From the NCBI GenBank assembly GCA_049296095.1, contig JBAQRV010000001.1:360001-392000 (forward strand): 32,000 nucleotides of DNA. The letters are read 5' to 3'. The notes beneath the pieces were generated by a model. The model had not been told where the DNA came from. It saw only the letters and a program-made list of their open reading frames with translations, and made no database searches. The position numbers were made by a program, and so were the translations under genes. This document shows, piece by piece, positions 1 to 8,943 of this stretch; within the stretch, counting starts at the first letter, position 1; each line of letters begins with the position of its first letter. The DNA is from Candidatus Saccharimonadota bacterium. GTDB taxonomy: Bacteria; Patescibacteriota; Saccharimonadia; Saccharimonadales; Saccharimonadaceae.

Positions 1-92
1 CGTCGGGCAGCAATAGCATGGCCTAGTTCGTGCAGGACAACCAAGACGACAAGAACAACCAGCCCAATCAAAATTCCAACAAATAAGTCCAT
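1..92 (-). CDS. rseP: M50 site-2 metalloprotease (RseP-like), N-terminal fragment; the gene continues past the window start
   Basis: Reverse-strand translation from the ATG at 92 gives MDLFVGILIGLVVLVVLVVLHELGHAIAARR. This is a TM helix running into an HExxH motif, as at RseP/M50 N-termini. The gene directly follows uppS, matching the usual frr-uppS-(cdsA-dxr)-rseP neighbourhood. Only about 30 codons are visible. Confidence 0.55.
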   Translation of the reverse strand, partial: MDLFVGILIGLVVLVVLVVLHELGHAIAAR

Positions 93-791
93 TTAGCCTC
101 CAAAGCGTCGATGTCGACGCGAATATTCTTTAATTATAGCCGTCACGTCGTCTTTTGTCATTTCTGGCCACATCTTATCGAGAAATATTAACTCGCTATA
201 AGCCGAGCGCCATAGCATAAAGTTGCTGAGTCGTTTCTCGCCACTGGTACGTACAATAACGTCGACCGGCGGTACTTCCGCGCCATAGAGATTGGCAGCG
301 ATCAAATCTTCATCTATCTCCTCAGCAGCAACCCCGGATTGAACAATTTTTTTAACTGCATCAACAACCTCACGCTGACCGCCGTAATTTAAACAAATTG
401 CCAATGTTCCGCCCGTATTATCCTTTGTGTCATGTTCGAGCTTATCCATCGCCTTCAGGATCTTATCGTCTAATCCATCCCGAGTCCCCAAGATCTTTAA
501 ACGAATATTATTCTCATGAAACAATTTTGCGTCGGTCGTAAAAAGACGCAACACCAGTGACATCAACCCCTTAATTTCTTCCTGGCTCCGCTTCCAGTTT
601 TCGGTTGAGAAAATATAAATACTCATAAACTGGATCTTTGCTTCGAGTGAGGCGAAGGCAATATCTTTTAGGGCATTATACCCAGCCAAGTGGCCTTCAT
701 AGGTAGGCAATCCGTGCTTCTTTGCCCAGCGACGATTACCATCAATAATATACCCAACGTGCCGAGGAATGATAAGTTCTGTTTCGGACAT
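93..791 (-). CDS. uppS: Undecaprenyl (di-trans,poly-cis-isoprenyl) diphosphate synthase
   Basis: 232 aa with cis-prenyltransferase signatures: IIDGNRRWAKKHGL, FSTENWKR and RTSGEKRLSNFMLWRSAYSEL. Its start overlaps the frr stop at 791. Confidence 0.95.
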   Translation of the reverse strand: MSETELIIPRHVGYIIDGNRRWAKKHGLPTYEGHLAGYNALKDIAFASLEAKIQFMSIYIFSTENWKRSQEEIKGLMSLVLRLFTTDAKLFHENNIRLKILGTRDGLDDKILKAMDKLEHDTKDNTGGTLAICLNYGGQREVVDAVKKIVQSGVAAEEIDEDLIAANLYGAEVPPVDVIVRTSGEKRLSNFMLWRSAYSELIFLDKMWPEMTKDDVTAIIKEYSRRHRRFGG

Positions 792-1345
792 TAGAGTGTT
801 AAGATTTCTTTCTCTTTATCTTTAAAGATAGTGTCAATTTGAGCGTTCAATGTACTCATTGAATCATCGATGGCTTTTTCAGCTCGTTTTTGGTCATCTT
901 CGGACATTTCTTTAGCATCCTTAGCACGTTTAAACTCTTTAAAGGCGTCTTGGCGAACGTTACGAAGCGCAATGCGAGCTTCCTCTACCTTTTCGCCGGT
1001 CTGCTTAACGAGAAGTTTACGACGCTCCTCGGTGAGTGGAGGGATTGGCACGCGCACTACTCGACCATCGTCGCTTGGATTGAGTCCAAGGGATTGATCG
1101 TTACGAATCGCTGTCGAGATGGCGGCGATGTTTGATGGATCAAATGGCGTTAAGGTCAAAAGCTGCGGCTCGGGTGCGGTCACGTTAGCCACCTGATTCA
1201 GCGGCATGCGCTGTCCGTAGGCCTCAACACTAATGCTATCGAGCATGTTTGGATGAGCCCGACCGGTACGAACCTTTTTTAGTTCATCTTCAAAATGGGC
1301 AACGGCGGCGGCAAATCGATCATCGTAGGGTTTTGTGTCAAACAT
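791..1345 (-). CDS. frr: Ribosome recycling factor
   Basis: 184 aa, RRF-like over the full length (ELKKVRTGRAHPNMLD; GLNPSDDGRVVRVPIPPLTEERRKLLVK). Confidence 0.95.
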   Translation of the reverse strand: MFDTKPYDDRFAAAVAHFEDELKKVRTGRAHPNMLDSISVEAYGQRMPLNQVANVTAPEPQLLTLTPFDPSNIAAISTAIRNDQSLGLNPSDDGRVVRVPIPPLTEERRKLLVKQTGEKVEEARIALRNVRQDAFKEFKRAKDAKEMSEDDQKRAEKAIDDSMSTLNAQIDTIFKDKEKEILTL

Positions 1346-1354
1346 AATGTCCCT

Positions 1355-1363
1355 AGTATATCA
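1355..1363 (-). promoter_or_regulatory. Candidate extended -10 promoter (TGaTATACT) 9 nt upstream of the frr ATG
   Basis: The minus strand reads ttttTGaTATACTagggacattATG. AGGGA could alternatively act as a weak SD. Confidence 0.35.
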
Positions 1364-1368
1364 AAAAA

Positions 1369-1722
1369 CTAGTAATCGACGTCTTCCGTACTTGTACGAA
1401 TGACCATTTTTTCTAGAGTCTCTTTACCGACTGCAATATCAATCGATGTCGACTGACCATCTCGGGAGGTAATCATAACAAAATCAGTTGAGTCTTGTTT
1501 GCCATTACCCAGATCTTCCCTCGTTGCATAAACAACGCCTTCGGCATGACGATCTTTTAGAAAACGAACAATGCGTTCGTTAGTGTCAGCGATTATTTCT
1601 CCTTCATTCGGGGTAAATACCAAGGCAATACGAGCCATAAGACTTCGTGCAAAGAAGAGATTCTCGTTTTTATCAAACTTATGTTCCACCCTCGTCATGA
1701 TGCGCTCACCAATATCAGGCAT
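1369..1722 (-). CDS. Hypothetical protein (117 aa) in the position normally held by pyrH
   Basis: A consensus SD (TAAAGGAGGcactcaATG) lies immediately after the tsf stop, so the ORF is probably translated. I recognise no family motif, and it is not UMP-kinase-like (too short, no kinase motifs). Confidence 0.7.
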   Translation of the reverse strand: MPDIGERIMTRVEHKFDKNENLFFARSLMARIALVFTPNEGEIIADTNERIVRFLKDRHAEGVVYATREDLGNGKQDSTDFVMITSRDGQSTSIDIAVGKETLEKMVIRTSTEDVDY

Positions 1723-1734
1723 TGAGTGCCTCCT

Positions 1735-2331
1735 TTATTCGTTAACGCCGAGCTCAATTCGCTTGAACTGACGGATGATAATATTCTCACCCATCTTGCC
1801 GATGTTCTCTTTGAGGAACTGTCCGACGGTCATCGAGTCATCCATAATGTAGGCTTGGTTCAAGAGAACCTTGTCTGCAAAATGTTTCTTCACCTGACCT
1901 TCAACAATCTTTTCAGCCATCTCGGCAGGTTTGCCTTCAGCAACTACCTTTTCCATTGCTTCTGAGCGCACTCGTTCAAGCTCCTCAGCTGGAATGTCAG
2001 CTTCTGAGACGTAAGTCGGTGCCATTGAGGCAACCTGCAATGCGATTGCGTGAGCAAAGTCTTTAAAGCCTTCGGTGCGAGCAACAAAGTCAGTCTCACA
2101 GTTTACTTCCACGAGGACGCCGATGCGGCCACCGTGAACATAGCTGTCGATAATACCTTCACGCGCTTCACGATCGGCTTTCTTTTCAGCTTTTGTGAGG
2201 CCTTTTTTGCGCATCGCTTCAAGCGCCTTATCAAAGTCACCATCAGCTTCTACCAGAGCAACCTTTGCGTCGGTTAAACCAACGCCAGTCAGCTCTTTTA
2301 GTTTACGAATGTCGTCAATTGATACTGCCAT
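1735..2331 (-). CDS. tsf: Translation elongation factor Ts (short form)
   Basis: N-terminal UBA-like EF-Ts motif IRKLKELTGVGLTDAKVALVEADGDFDKALEAMRKKG. I prefer the ATG at 2331 (MAVSIDDIRKL) over the GTG at 2349, which would overlap rpsB. Confidence 0.93.
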   Translation of the reverse strand: MAVSIDDIRKLKELTGVGLTDAKVALVEADGDFDKALEAMRKKGLTKAEKKADREAREGIIDSYVHGGRIGVLVEVNCETDFVARTEGFKDFAHAIALQVASMAPTYVSEADIPAEELERVRSEAMEKVVAEGKPAEMAEKIVEGQVKKHFADKVLLNQAYIMDDSMTVGQFLKENIGKMGENIIIRQFKRIELGVNE

Positions 2332-2335
2332 GTTC

Positions 2336-3067
2336 TTATTTCTCCTCACCCTTCTCTGTTTTCACTTCTGCTTTTACCACTTTACCCTGACCTTCAGCAA
2401 TTGCAGCGCTGACGTAGTCGAGGATTAATTTCACACCCTTAATTGCATCATCGTTACCAGGAATGACGTAATCGACAATGCTTGGGTCAGCGTTGGTATC
2501 AACCAAAGCAACCACTGGGACACCAATTGTCTTGGCTTCGCGAATCGCGTTCAAGTCACCAATGACATCGATCAGGAAAAGTGCGCCTGGTTTGCCACTA
2601 AGATTCTTAATACCACCGTACTTCAGTTCGAGGGCGTCGATTTCCTCTTGGAAACGTTGGACTTCAAGCTTGTTGTACTTCTTCTCAAGTTCACCTGAAG
2701 CCATACGGCGTTCGAGGTCTTGGAGCTTCTTGATCTGCTTGGTAATAGTTGCGACATTGGTCAGGCTTCCACCCATCCAACGTTCGGTCATGTATGGTTG
2801 GCCAAGTGCTTCGGCTGCTGCCTTGACGGCTTCTTTGGTTTGCTTCTTAGTTGCAACAAACAAGATTGGTTTGCCACTAGCGGCAACCTTAGTCAAGAAT
2901 GGCAATGCCACCTCGAGGCCAGCAACGGTCTTTGTCAGATCGATGATGTGGTTGTCTTGACGTTTACTATGAATGTACGGCGCCATTTTAGGGTGCCAAC
3001 GGCTCGTTTTGTGTCCAAAGTGGACACCAGCTTCGAGCAGCTGCTTAATATCGACAGATACTGCCAT
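2336..3067 (-). CDS. rpsB: 30S ribosomal protein S2
   Basis: MAVSVDIKQLLEAGVHFGHKTSRWHPKM is a classic S2 N-terminus. AAGGAG lies 9 nt upstream of the ATG at 3067. The GTG at 3091 in the ORF track is probably an over-extension. Confidence 0.95.
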   Translation of the reverse strand: MAVSVDIKQLLEAGVHFGHKTSRWHPKMAPYIHSKRQDNHIIDLTKTVAGLEVALPFLTKVAASGKPILFVATKKQTKEAVKAAAEALGQPYMTERWMGGSLTNVATITKQIKKLQDLERRMASGELEKKYNKLEVQRFQEEIDALELKYGGIKNLSGKPGALFLIDVIGDLNAIREAKTIGVPVVALVDTNADPSIVDYVIPGNDDAIKGVKLILDYVSAAIAEGQGKVVKAEVKTEKGEEK

Positions 3068-3090
3068 AATGTTGAACTCCTTGTTCCTCA

Positions 3091-3126
3091 CTTTTCGCCC
3101 TAAGATCTTAGGAGTTGTGCGAAAAG
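3091..3126 (-). promoter_or_regulatory. Nested inverted repeat (structured 5' leader) upstream of rpsB
   Basis: The minus strand reads CUUUUCGC-ACAACU-CCUAAGAUCUUAGG-GCGAAAAG. An 8-bp outer helix encloses a CCUAAG/CUUAGG hairpin. The structure ends 8 nt before the rpsB SD. Confidence 0.45.
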
Positions 3127-3171
3127 TTGTGTCATTAAATATTGTTACTCTGTTATTCTACCATTTACCCT

Positions 3172-3200
3172 TTGACAAATCAATATAAAACAGATACAAT
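3172..3200 (+). promoter_or_regulatory. Sigma-70-type promoter of rpmE (TTGACA-17 nt-TACAAT)
   Basis: TTGACA at 3172-3177, a 17-nt spacer, and TACAAT at 3195-3200. The ATG at 3211 is only 10 nt downstream and has no SD. Confidence 0.6.
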
Positions 3201-3210
3201 AGTCCAGATT

Positions 3211-3531
3211 ATGAAGACAAACCTACACCCAACTGACTACCGTCCTGTCGTATTTAGCGATGACGTTGCTGGTTTTAGCTTTTTGACTCAGTCAACGGCG
3301 CAGACCAACGAAACTATTAAATGGGAAGATGGCAACGAATATCCACTGGTTAAAGTGCATATTTCAAGCGCCTCTCACCCTTTCTTTACCGGTGAAGAAA
3401 AGATTATCGACACCGAAGGCCGTGTTGATCGCTTTAAGAACCGTGCAGCTGCTGCCGAGGCTCGAAAGACCGAACTCGCTAACAAAGCTAAAAAAACCGC
3501 TGCGAACAAAGCTAAAAAATCTGACAAGTAG
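3211..3531 (+). CDS. rpmE: 50S ribosomal protein L31, type B (Cys-less), with a Lys/Ala-rich C-terminal tail
   Basis: [15 protein letters not shown]...[27 protein letters not shown] matches the L31 core (HPFFTG, GRVDRF). The CxxC zinc motif is absent, which indicates type B. The ATG at 3211 fits the promoter; the 3142 start in the ORF track is an over-extension. Confidence 0.9.
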   Translation: MKTNLHPTDYRPVVFSDDVAGFSFLTQSTAQTNETIKWEDGNEYPLVKVHISSASHPFFTGEEKIIDTEGRVDRFKNRAAAAEARKTELANKAKKTAANKAKKSDK

Positions 3532-3544
3532 CTACCATTTAAGA

Positions 3545-3573
3545 GAGCTTTCAGGATCTGAAGGCTCTTTTTT
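3545..3573 (+). terminator. Rho-independent terminator after rpmE
   Basis: GAGCUUUCAG-GAU-CUGAAGGCUC forms a 10-bp stem with one G-U pair, followed by UUUUUU. Confidence 0.75.
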
Positions 3574-3581
3574 GTTACAAT
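3573..3581 (+). promoter_or_regulatory. Candidate extended -10 promoter (TGtTACAAT) for the 3612 ORF-prfA-prmC unit
   Basis: TGtTACAAT lies directly after the rpmE terminator. Downstream, AAGGAG sits 7 nt before the ATG at 3612. Confidence 0.4.
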
Positions 3582-3611
3582 AAAACTATCAACGCAATAA
3601 GGAGTACCCCG

Positions 3612-3899
3612 ATGCAACCAACAACAAAGAAACTGAGTGGACGAACAATTGCCGCATTATGGCTCATGATCGCCCCAACCGCCCTATTTATTCTCGGGTT
3701 TATTGGGTTCGCTATCCTCAATTGGATAGGTGATGCGGCAACTCCTGTGCCAAGTTCAGATGGTAGCCTGTTCGCCGAAACCCAGCCAACAACCACCGCT
3801 GGGAATATTCTCCTCTTTGCTACTGGTTTAATCGCTTTTCTGACATGGCTGCCTGGCTTGATCATCGGTATCGTTTTACTCGCAACCCAAAAGAAGTGA
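3612..3899 (+). CDS. Small membrane protein (95 aa, about 2 TM), hypothetical
   Basis: Good SD (AAGGAGtaccccgATG) and two hydrophobic segments. Its stop is 1 nt before the prfA ATG. Confidence 0.6.
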   Translation: MQPTTKKLSGRTIAALWLMIAPTALFILGFIGFAILNWIGDAATPVPSSDGSLFAETQPTTTAGNILLFATGLIAFLTWLPGLIIGIVLLATQKK

Positions 3900-3900
3900 T

Positions 3901-4968
3901 ATGCCTAAAATTACCCTCAACCTTCCCGAATTAACCCAAGAGCGAGAAAAACTCGACGCTTTTTTGGCGCGCCCTGATGCCTATAGCGACCCTAGCTTTA
4001 GCGCTAGTAATAAACGCTTCCTCGAACTCCAAACCATCATCGAAAAAGCGACCTTACGCGAATCGTTAGAGTCACAAATCGTTGAGGCAAAGGAATTAGC
4101 TACTGGTAATGATGAGTTAGCAGAAATGGCAAAGCTGGAAATTGAGGAAAATACTGCTAAACTTGAGGCGCTTGAAAACGAGCTGTTTGCGATGCTGGCA
4201 CCAAAAGACGCCAACGACGACAAGAACGTCATTATCGAAATCCGCGCCGGTGCTGGTGGTGATGAGGCGAGTTTATTTGCCGCCGAACTATACCGCATGT
4301 ATCTTCGCTACTGTGAGATGCATAATTTAAAGACTGAACCTATCAGCGAGAGCATGAACGATAGCGGCGGTTATAAAGAAGTCGTCTTTAGCGTCAAGGG
4401 TGAGGCTCCTTATGCACAGCTAAAGTTTGAGTCAGGCGTCCACCGCGTCCAGCGCGTCCCAGCCACCGAATCGCAAGGGCGCATTCACACCAGTACAGTC
4501 ACGGTTGCAGTCCTTCCCGAAGCAGAAGAAACCGATATCGAGATTGGTCCAAACGATTTGAAAATTGATGTCTACCGTGCTGGTGGCCATGGTGGCCAAT
4601 CAGTCAACACGACCGATAGTGCCGTCCGTATTACTCACCTGCCGACTGGCCTCGTCGTTACCAACCAGGACGAAAAATCGCAGATCAAGAATAAGGAAAA
4701 GGCTATGAGCGTCCTCCGTAGCCGACTTCTACAGCAAAAGATCGATGCTGAGAATGAGCGTTCGGCCAGCGAGCGCCGCAGCCTGATTGGCTCTGGTGAC
4801 CGTTCTGAAAAGATCCGCACCTATAATTTCCCTCAGGACCGTATCACCGATCATCGTATCGGCTACAGCCGTAGCAACATCCCTGGAGCCATGAACGGTC
4901 AGATCGACGATTTAGTGGAGCATTTGCAAGCGTATGAACGCGAACTTGCCGCCAACGCTGTCAGTTAA
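3901..4968 (+). CDS. prfA: Peptide chain release factor 1
   Basis: 355 aa with the GGQ motif ([25 protein letters not shown]) and the RF1-type PxT tripeptide ([14 protein letters not shown]). Confidence 0.95.
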   Translation: MPKITLNLPELTQEREKLDAFLARPDAYSDPSFSASNKRFLELQTIIEKATLRESLESQIVEAKELATGNDELAEMAKLEIEENTAKLEALENELFAMLAPKDANDDKNVIIEIRAGAGGDEASLFAAELYRMYLRYCEMHNLKTEPISESMNDSGGYKEVVFSVKGEAPYAQLKFESGVHRVQRVPATESQGRIHTSTVTVAVLPEAEETDIEIGPNDLKIDVYRAGGHGGQSVNTTDSAVRITHLPTGLVVTNQDEKSQIKNKEKAMSVLRSRLLQQKIDAENERSASERRSLIGSGDRSEKIRTYNFPQDRITDHRIGYSRSNIPGAMNGQIDDLVEHLQAYERELAANAVS

Positions 4969-5788
4969 AGACTGGCTTGACGATGCCACGCGAGAATTGG
5001 CTGCTGCTAAGATCCCGAGTGCCCGCCTCGATGCCGAGCTCATCCTGGCACATACGATTCGCCAAAATCGTAGCTTTCTTCACGCCCACCCCGAACATAC
5101 TCTCAATGAACGGCAGGGAGAGATTGCCACCGCTCGCCTCGCCCTGCGCCTTGATCACGTTCCCGTTGCTTATATCATTGGCCATAAGGAATTCTATGGC
5201 CATCGCTTTCGTGTCACGACCGCAACACTTATTCCTCGTCCAGAATCAGAGACATTAATCGAGTTACTTGATCAAGCTATCCCAAAAAACACCGCACTCA
5301 TCGTTGAACAGCCATTACGCTTGGTTGATGTTGGAACAGGCAGTGGCGCACTCGGCATTACGGCAAAGCTGGCTTATCCGGAACTACAGGTCACTCTCTC
5401 CGATGTTAGTCGGCATGCATTAAATATTGCTGAACAGAATGCCGGGGACCTCAAGGTAGAAGTGAGTATTCTACGCAGTAATCTCCTCGAGAGCTATCCG
5501 TTTGTGGCCGATATTATCATTGCTAACCTCCCCTACGTTAATCCAGAATGGGAGCGATCACCAGAGACCGAGCACGAACCAGCCGAGGCCCTCTTCGCTG
5601 GCAACAATGGTATGTCGCTCATCTTTGATCTTTTAACGCAAACAAAAGACAAGCTCGCGAGTGGCGGTTATATCATCCTCGAAGCTGATCCCGAACAACA
5701 TGCAGCGATTATCGCCCGAGCAAGAACGCATGGGCTACTACTACTCGAACAAAAAGACTACGGTCTGTTATTCCAAAAGTTACGTTAA
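4934..5788 (+). CDS. prmC: Release-factor glutamine N5-methyltransferase (PrmC/HemK)
   Basis: SAM motif [11 protein letters not shown], a catalytic tetrapeptide reading NLPY (IIANLPYV), and the conserved position after prfA. The start is uncertain; the ORF overlaps prfA by 35 nt. Confidence 0.85.
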   Translation: MNANLPPTLSVKDWLDDATRELAAAKIPSARLDAELILAHTIRQNRSFLHAHPEHTLNERQGEIATARLALRLDHVPVAYIIGHKEFYGHRFRVTTATLIPRPESETLIELLDQAIPKNTALIVEQPLRLVDVGTGSGALGITAKLAYPELQVTLSDVSRHALNIAEQNAGDLKVEVSILRSNLLESYPFVADIIIANLPYVNPEWERSPETEHEPAEALFAGNNGMSLIFDLLTQTKDKLASGGYIILEADPEQHAAIIARARTHGLLLLEQKDYGLLFQKLR

Positions 5789-6585
5789 ATTGTTGTTCCG
5801 ACGCGGTTGAATACAAATACCAAGACCGCGATAACACTGAGTGTGAACAATAGAGGTAAGATAATGTCATTTGTCCGGATCTTGTCATGGTGATAAAACG
5901 AATCATATGCTTTGTAAGCAACAAAACTCACCAAAGTGGTAATAATAGCAGCTTGAGGCAACAATAGTGAACTAACAAATGGGAGGCTGTAAGCGATTGC
6001 CCAGTGATACAGTACCCAGCCAATCTCAGCAAACACGAGTCCCCACGCTAAACTGATGAATAGACCGTGTGTCTCATCGTCGTAGGTATTTAATACGTGA
6101 CGAGCCGCAGCAAAACCAATGATCCACATGCCAATCACCGTAATAGAAGCAGGCCAGTTATATGCAACTGTAAATAATGCCGCAACCCCCAAAAGAATAG
6201 CAACACCTGCCTGAGCGGCCACATACCCGCGTTTAGAGCGAGGTTTTAAGAATAAGAGCCAGGCAATATAAAGAGCCGTGAGGATTCCTAGCAGTAGAAG
6301 CTTCCGTGAGTCTTCGATATTTCCCATATTAATGGCGTACATATGCAAGACAACGCTAATACTGACGATAAAATCAACTAAGTTGGAACGAAAGTTCGCA
6401 AACCAAAATCGAGGACGAACCGCTAGTACACGCCACTTACTGACTAAAACAAGCCCCAGTGCGAGCGGAATCGACTCGGTATACCAAATCACGACGACCA
6501 GTGCGATCGCGAGGGCGATATTGAGAATCATGTAGATCAGCTCGCTCAGGAATGTGCGACGACGAACTAGTTTTAAAAACTCCAT
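5785..6585 (-). CDS. Polytopic integral membrane protein (266 aa), unknown function
   Basis: Hydrophobic segments run throughout (about 7-8 TM). No recognised motif. Convergent with prmC, overlapping it by 4 nt. Confidence 0.6.
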   Translation of the reverse strand: MEFLKLVRRRTFLSELIYMILNIALAIALVVVIWYTESIPLALGLVLVSKWRVLAVRPRFWFANFRSNLVDFIVSISVVLHMYAINMGNIEDSRKLLLLGILTALYIAWLLFLKPRSKRGYVAAQAGVAILLGVAALFTVAYNWPASITVIGMWIIGFAAARHVLNTYDDETHGLFISLAWGLVFAEIGWVLYHWAIAYSLPFVSSLLLPQAAIITTLVSFVAYKAYDSFYHHDKIRTNDIILPLLFTLSVIAVLVFVFNRVGTTI

Positions 6586-6624
6586 AAGTGTGTTTATTAT
6601 ACCACGGGATGCGCGGCGTGTTGA

Positions 6625-8247
6625 CTATTCAGCACTGCCAACGATGATCAAAAAGTCCGTATCGCCCACCACGCTCACCGGCGGTGCTGTAGTTTTAAGC
6701 GTAACTCCGTAAAGCTCTTTTAATTTTGCGGCAGTTTCCTTCTTTTCACTGTCAATCTGATAAATCTCAATCCGATCATAGGCTCCTTCAGGGGCGTTCT
6801 CTACTGCATCAATAAGGAATCCCATCGCTTCAAGCTTGTCGGCTTCAATCTGGGCCACACCAGCCGTACTGCTTCCATTCAGCACACTCACGTGCGGCTC
6901 TTCTTTCACAAATGGCTCGGCAGTAACGGTCTTTATGACGTATTGCTGGATTGCACTGTAGTCAAGGAGCCCGGCGATTGGTCGCACGATGCTTTGACCG
7001 TTGTACATACCTGTCGTAACCAGTTCATTATCTTCTTCAACCAAACTTAATGAGACAATTGCATTACTATCAATTGATTGGCCAAGATCCATAAGTGTTT
7101 GAATCTCTTTGGTTTCAATGTTCGTACGAAGATTATTGCCAAGCGCATCAATCAATCCCGTCACTGCACCGAGATTCGTGAGCGTTCCAGCGCTCAGTGC
7201 CTTTTCGCGTAGTGCCTTTACGATCATCTGCTGATTCTTTTCACGATCAAAGTTGCCGCCTGGCAATCCGTAGCCACCCTGGGCGTTACGAGCGCGTGAT
7301 AATGCCAAGGCATGCTCACCATCGAGATGCGCCACTTCACCCTGTTTGTAGTTGACGTAGTAGCAGGTATAGTTACACTTCCAGTCAAAGTTGCGATCAA
7401 GAATTCCCCGTGGGTCACTGGTTTCGATCGTCACATCAACCCCACCAACAGCATCAACTGCTTGGACAACAGCGGTAAAGTTTAAGTGAATGTAATATTG
7501 AATATCGAGGCCAGTAATGTTCTTTGCTTGAGCTTGGAGTGCCGCCGCGCCAGCCGCCTCGTCCTCACCATCGTTTGAAGCACAGAAATAGGCAGCGTTG
7601 AGTTTACCCTGATTACCAACAGTACAGATTTCTTCATATTGCACCCAAAGGTCGCGCGGCAGACTGAGCATGTAGGCATCTTTTTTATCTTGATCGATAC
7701 TGAGCACCATAATTGAGTCGGTCAAATCAGCACCGCCATGGCCAGCATCATCCTCTGCCGTTCCAAAGATGACGAAATTACTACGACCATACTCGTCTTC
7801 TTTTAGTGGCTGATTCTTGACGATATCAAAAATACTTCCCTGGAAGACGTTATTCGACGCGAGGACTGTTTTCAGGATGATATATCCAGCAACCAAGGCG
7901 CCAATCGCCAAAAGGACAATTACTACCCACTTTATGATGCGGACGGATTTGCGTCGGGGACGCTGAATACGATCCTTCCGACCGCGACGTGCCTTCTTAT
8001 CACGCTTGCCTTTTTTCGGCTCTGGATCATCAATCTGGCGCAGTGATTCGTCAATATCATCACGTCCAATAATCTTACCCTCGCGAGCAACCCCTATAAG
8101 TGCAGAGGCCTCATTATCACCAGTGTGAAGCGAACGATCAATTGGTGCGACCGCTTTATCGGGATTCTTCATACTATGCAAATCGCCCAGTTCACTACCG
8201 GGACGACGAGGGATAAACCCATCTATGGACGGTTTGTTATTCTTCAT
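6625..8247 (-). CDS. LytR-CpsA-Psr (LCP) family cell-envelope phosphotransferase with a C-terminal LytR_C domain
   Basis: A basic cytoplasmic N-terminus and one TM are followed by the LCP core (DSIMVLSIDQDKKDAYMLSLPRDLWV; ALALSRAR). The C-terminal VSVLNGSSTAGVAQ...LKELYG is LytR_C-like. Confidence 0.85.
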   Translation of the reverse strand: MKNNKPSIDGFIPRRPGSELGDLHSMKNPDKAVAPIDRSLHTGDNEASALIGVAREGKIIGRDDIDESLRQIDDPEPKKGKRDKKARRGRKDRIQRPRRKSVRIIKWVVIVLLAIGALVAGYIILKTVLASNNVFQGSIFDIVKNQPLKEDEYGRSNFVIFGTAEDDAGHGGADLTDSIMVLSIDQDKKDAYMLSLPRDLWVQYEEICTVGNQGKLNAAYFCASNDGEDEAAGAAALQAQAKNITGLDIQYYIHLNFTAVVQAVDAVGGVDVTIETSDPRGILDRNFDWKCNYTCYYVNYKQGEVAHLDGEHALALSRARNAQGGYGLPGGNFDREKNQQMIVKALREKALSAGTLTNLGAVTGLIDALGNNLRTNIETKEIQTLMDLGQSIDSNAIVSLSLVEEDNELVTTGMYNGQSIVRPIAGLLDYSAIQQYVIKTVTAEPFVKEEPHVSVLNGSSTAGVAQIEADKLEAMGFLIDAVENAPEGAYDRIEIYQIDSEKKETAAKLKELYGVTLKTTAPPVSVVGDTDFLIIVGSAE

Positions 8248-8326
8248 AAATACTCATCCTACTATACCTAATTCCGCTCAAGTTTTGAAGTCTTGAATAA
8301 TTCAGATAATAATCAAAAAGCTGGGG

Positions 8327-8332
8327 TATAAT
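8327..8332 (+). promoter_or_regulatory. Candidate -10 box (TATAAT) 11 nt upstream of the lepB ATG
   Basis: ggggTATAATaaaccaagtacATG, with no SD between the box and the start. I found no convincing -35. Confidence 0.4.
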
Positions 8333-8343
8333 AAACCAAGTAC

Positions 8344-8943
8344 ATGGAAGCATCTTTTTTTACTCGTCATCCACTCGCGAAGGACGCCATTGGCATCGCT
8401 GTCTTCGTGATCTGTGTCGTTATTGGCACAATTTTGATCAACACCTTCATTTTCCGTAGTTATCATGTGGTTGGCCCTAGTATGGAAACCACGATGTATA
8501 CCGGTGACCGCCTGATTGTCGACCGCCTGCCCGTCACCTGGGCCCAGCTCCAGAACAAGACCTACGTCCCAGATCGCGGTGCAATTATTGTATTCAAGAA
8601 TCCGCTATTCACCAGTGGCACGGAGGACGAATATATCGTTAAACGGGTTATTGGCCTCCCTGGCGAGCGAGTCGTCCTGAAGCAAGGCGTTTTCACTGTT
8701 TATAACGATGAGCACCCCGATGGTTTCGATCCCGATAGTTTAAATAAGGGAGAACCTGGCACCCCGACTAGTGGTGAGGTTGATGAAGTTGTTCCTGAAG
8801 GCGAAATCTTTGTTTCTGGCGATCACCGCGCTGGCAACTTCTCTCGAGACTCTCGAAATGGACTCGGAACGATTCCACTCTATGACGTGATCGGACCAGT
8901 CAGTTTCCGTATCTTCCCATTTGATAAGATCCGCAGCTTTTAA
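8344..8943 (+). CDS. lepB: Signal peptidase I
   Basis: N-terminal TM, a catalytic Ser box (VVGPSMETTM), a Lys box (KRVIGLPGERV), and GDHRAGNFSRDSR. Confidence 0.92.
   Translation: MEASFFTRHPLAKDAIGIAVFVICVVIGTILINTFIFRSYHVVGPSMETTMYTGDRLIVDRLPVTWAQLQNKTYVPDRGAIIVFKNPLFTSGTEDEYIVKRVIGLPGERVVLKQGVFTVYNDEHPDGFDPDSLNKGEPGTPTSGEVDEVVPEGEIFVSGDHRAGNFSRDSRNGLGTIPLYDVIGPVSFRIFPFDKIRSF

Noticed and set aside
2478-2960. A 160-aa plus-strand ORF antisense to rpsB. Similar antisense ORFs occur at 23458-23970 (ftsA), 18633-19136 (GNAT), 10779-11168 and 19509-19868.
   Set aside because: All of these overlap strongly supported genes on the other strand or in another frame. They lack SD or promoter context and known motifs, so I treated them as frame shadows.
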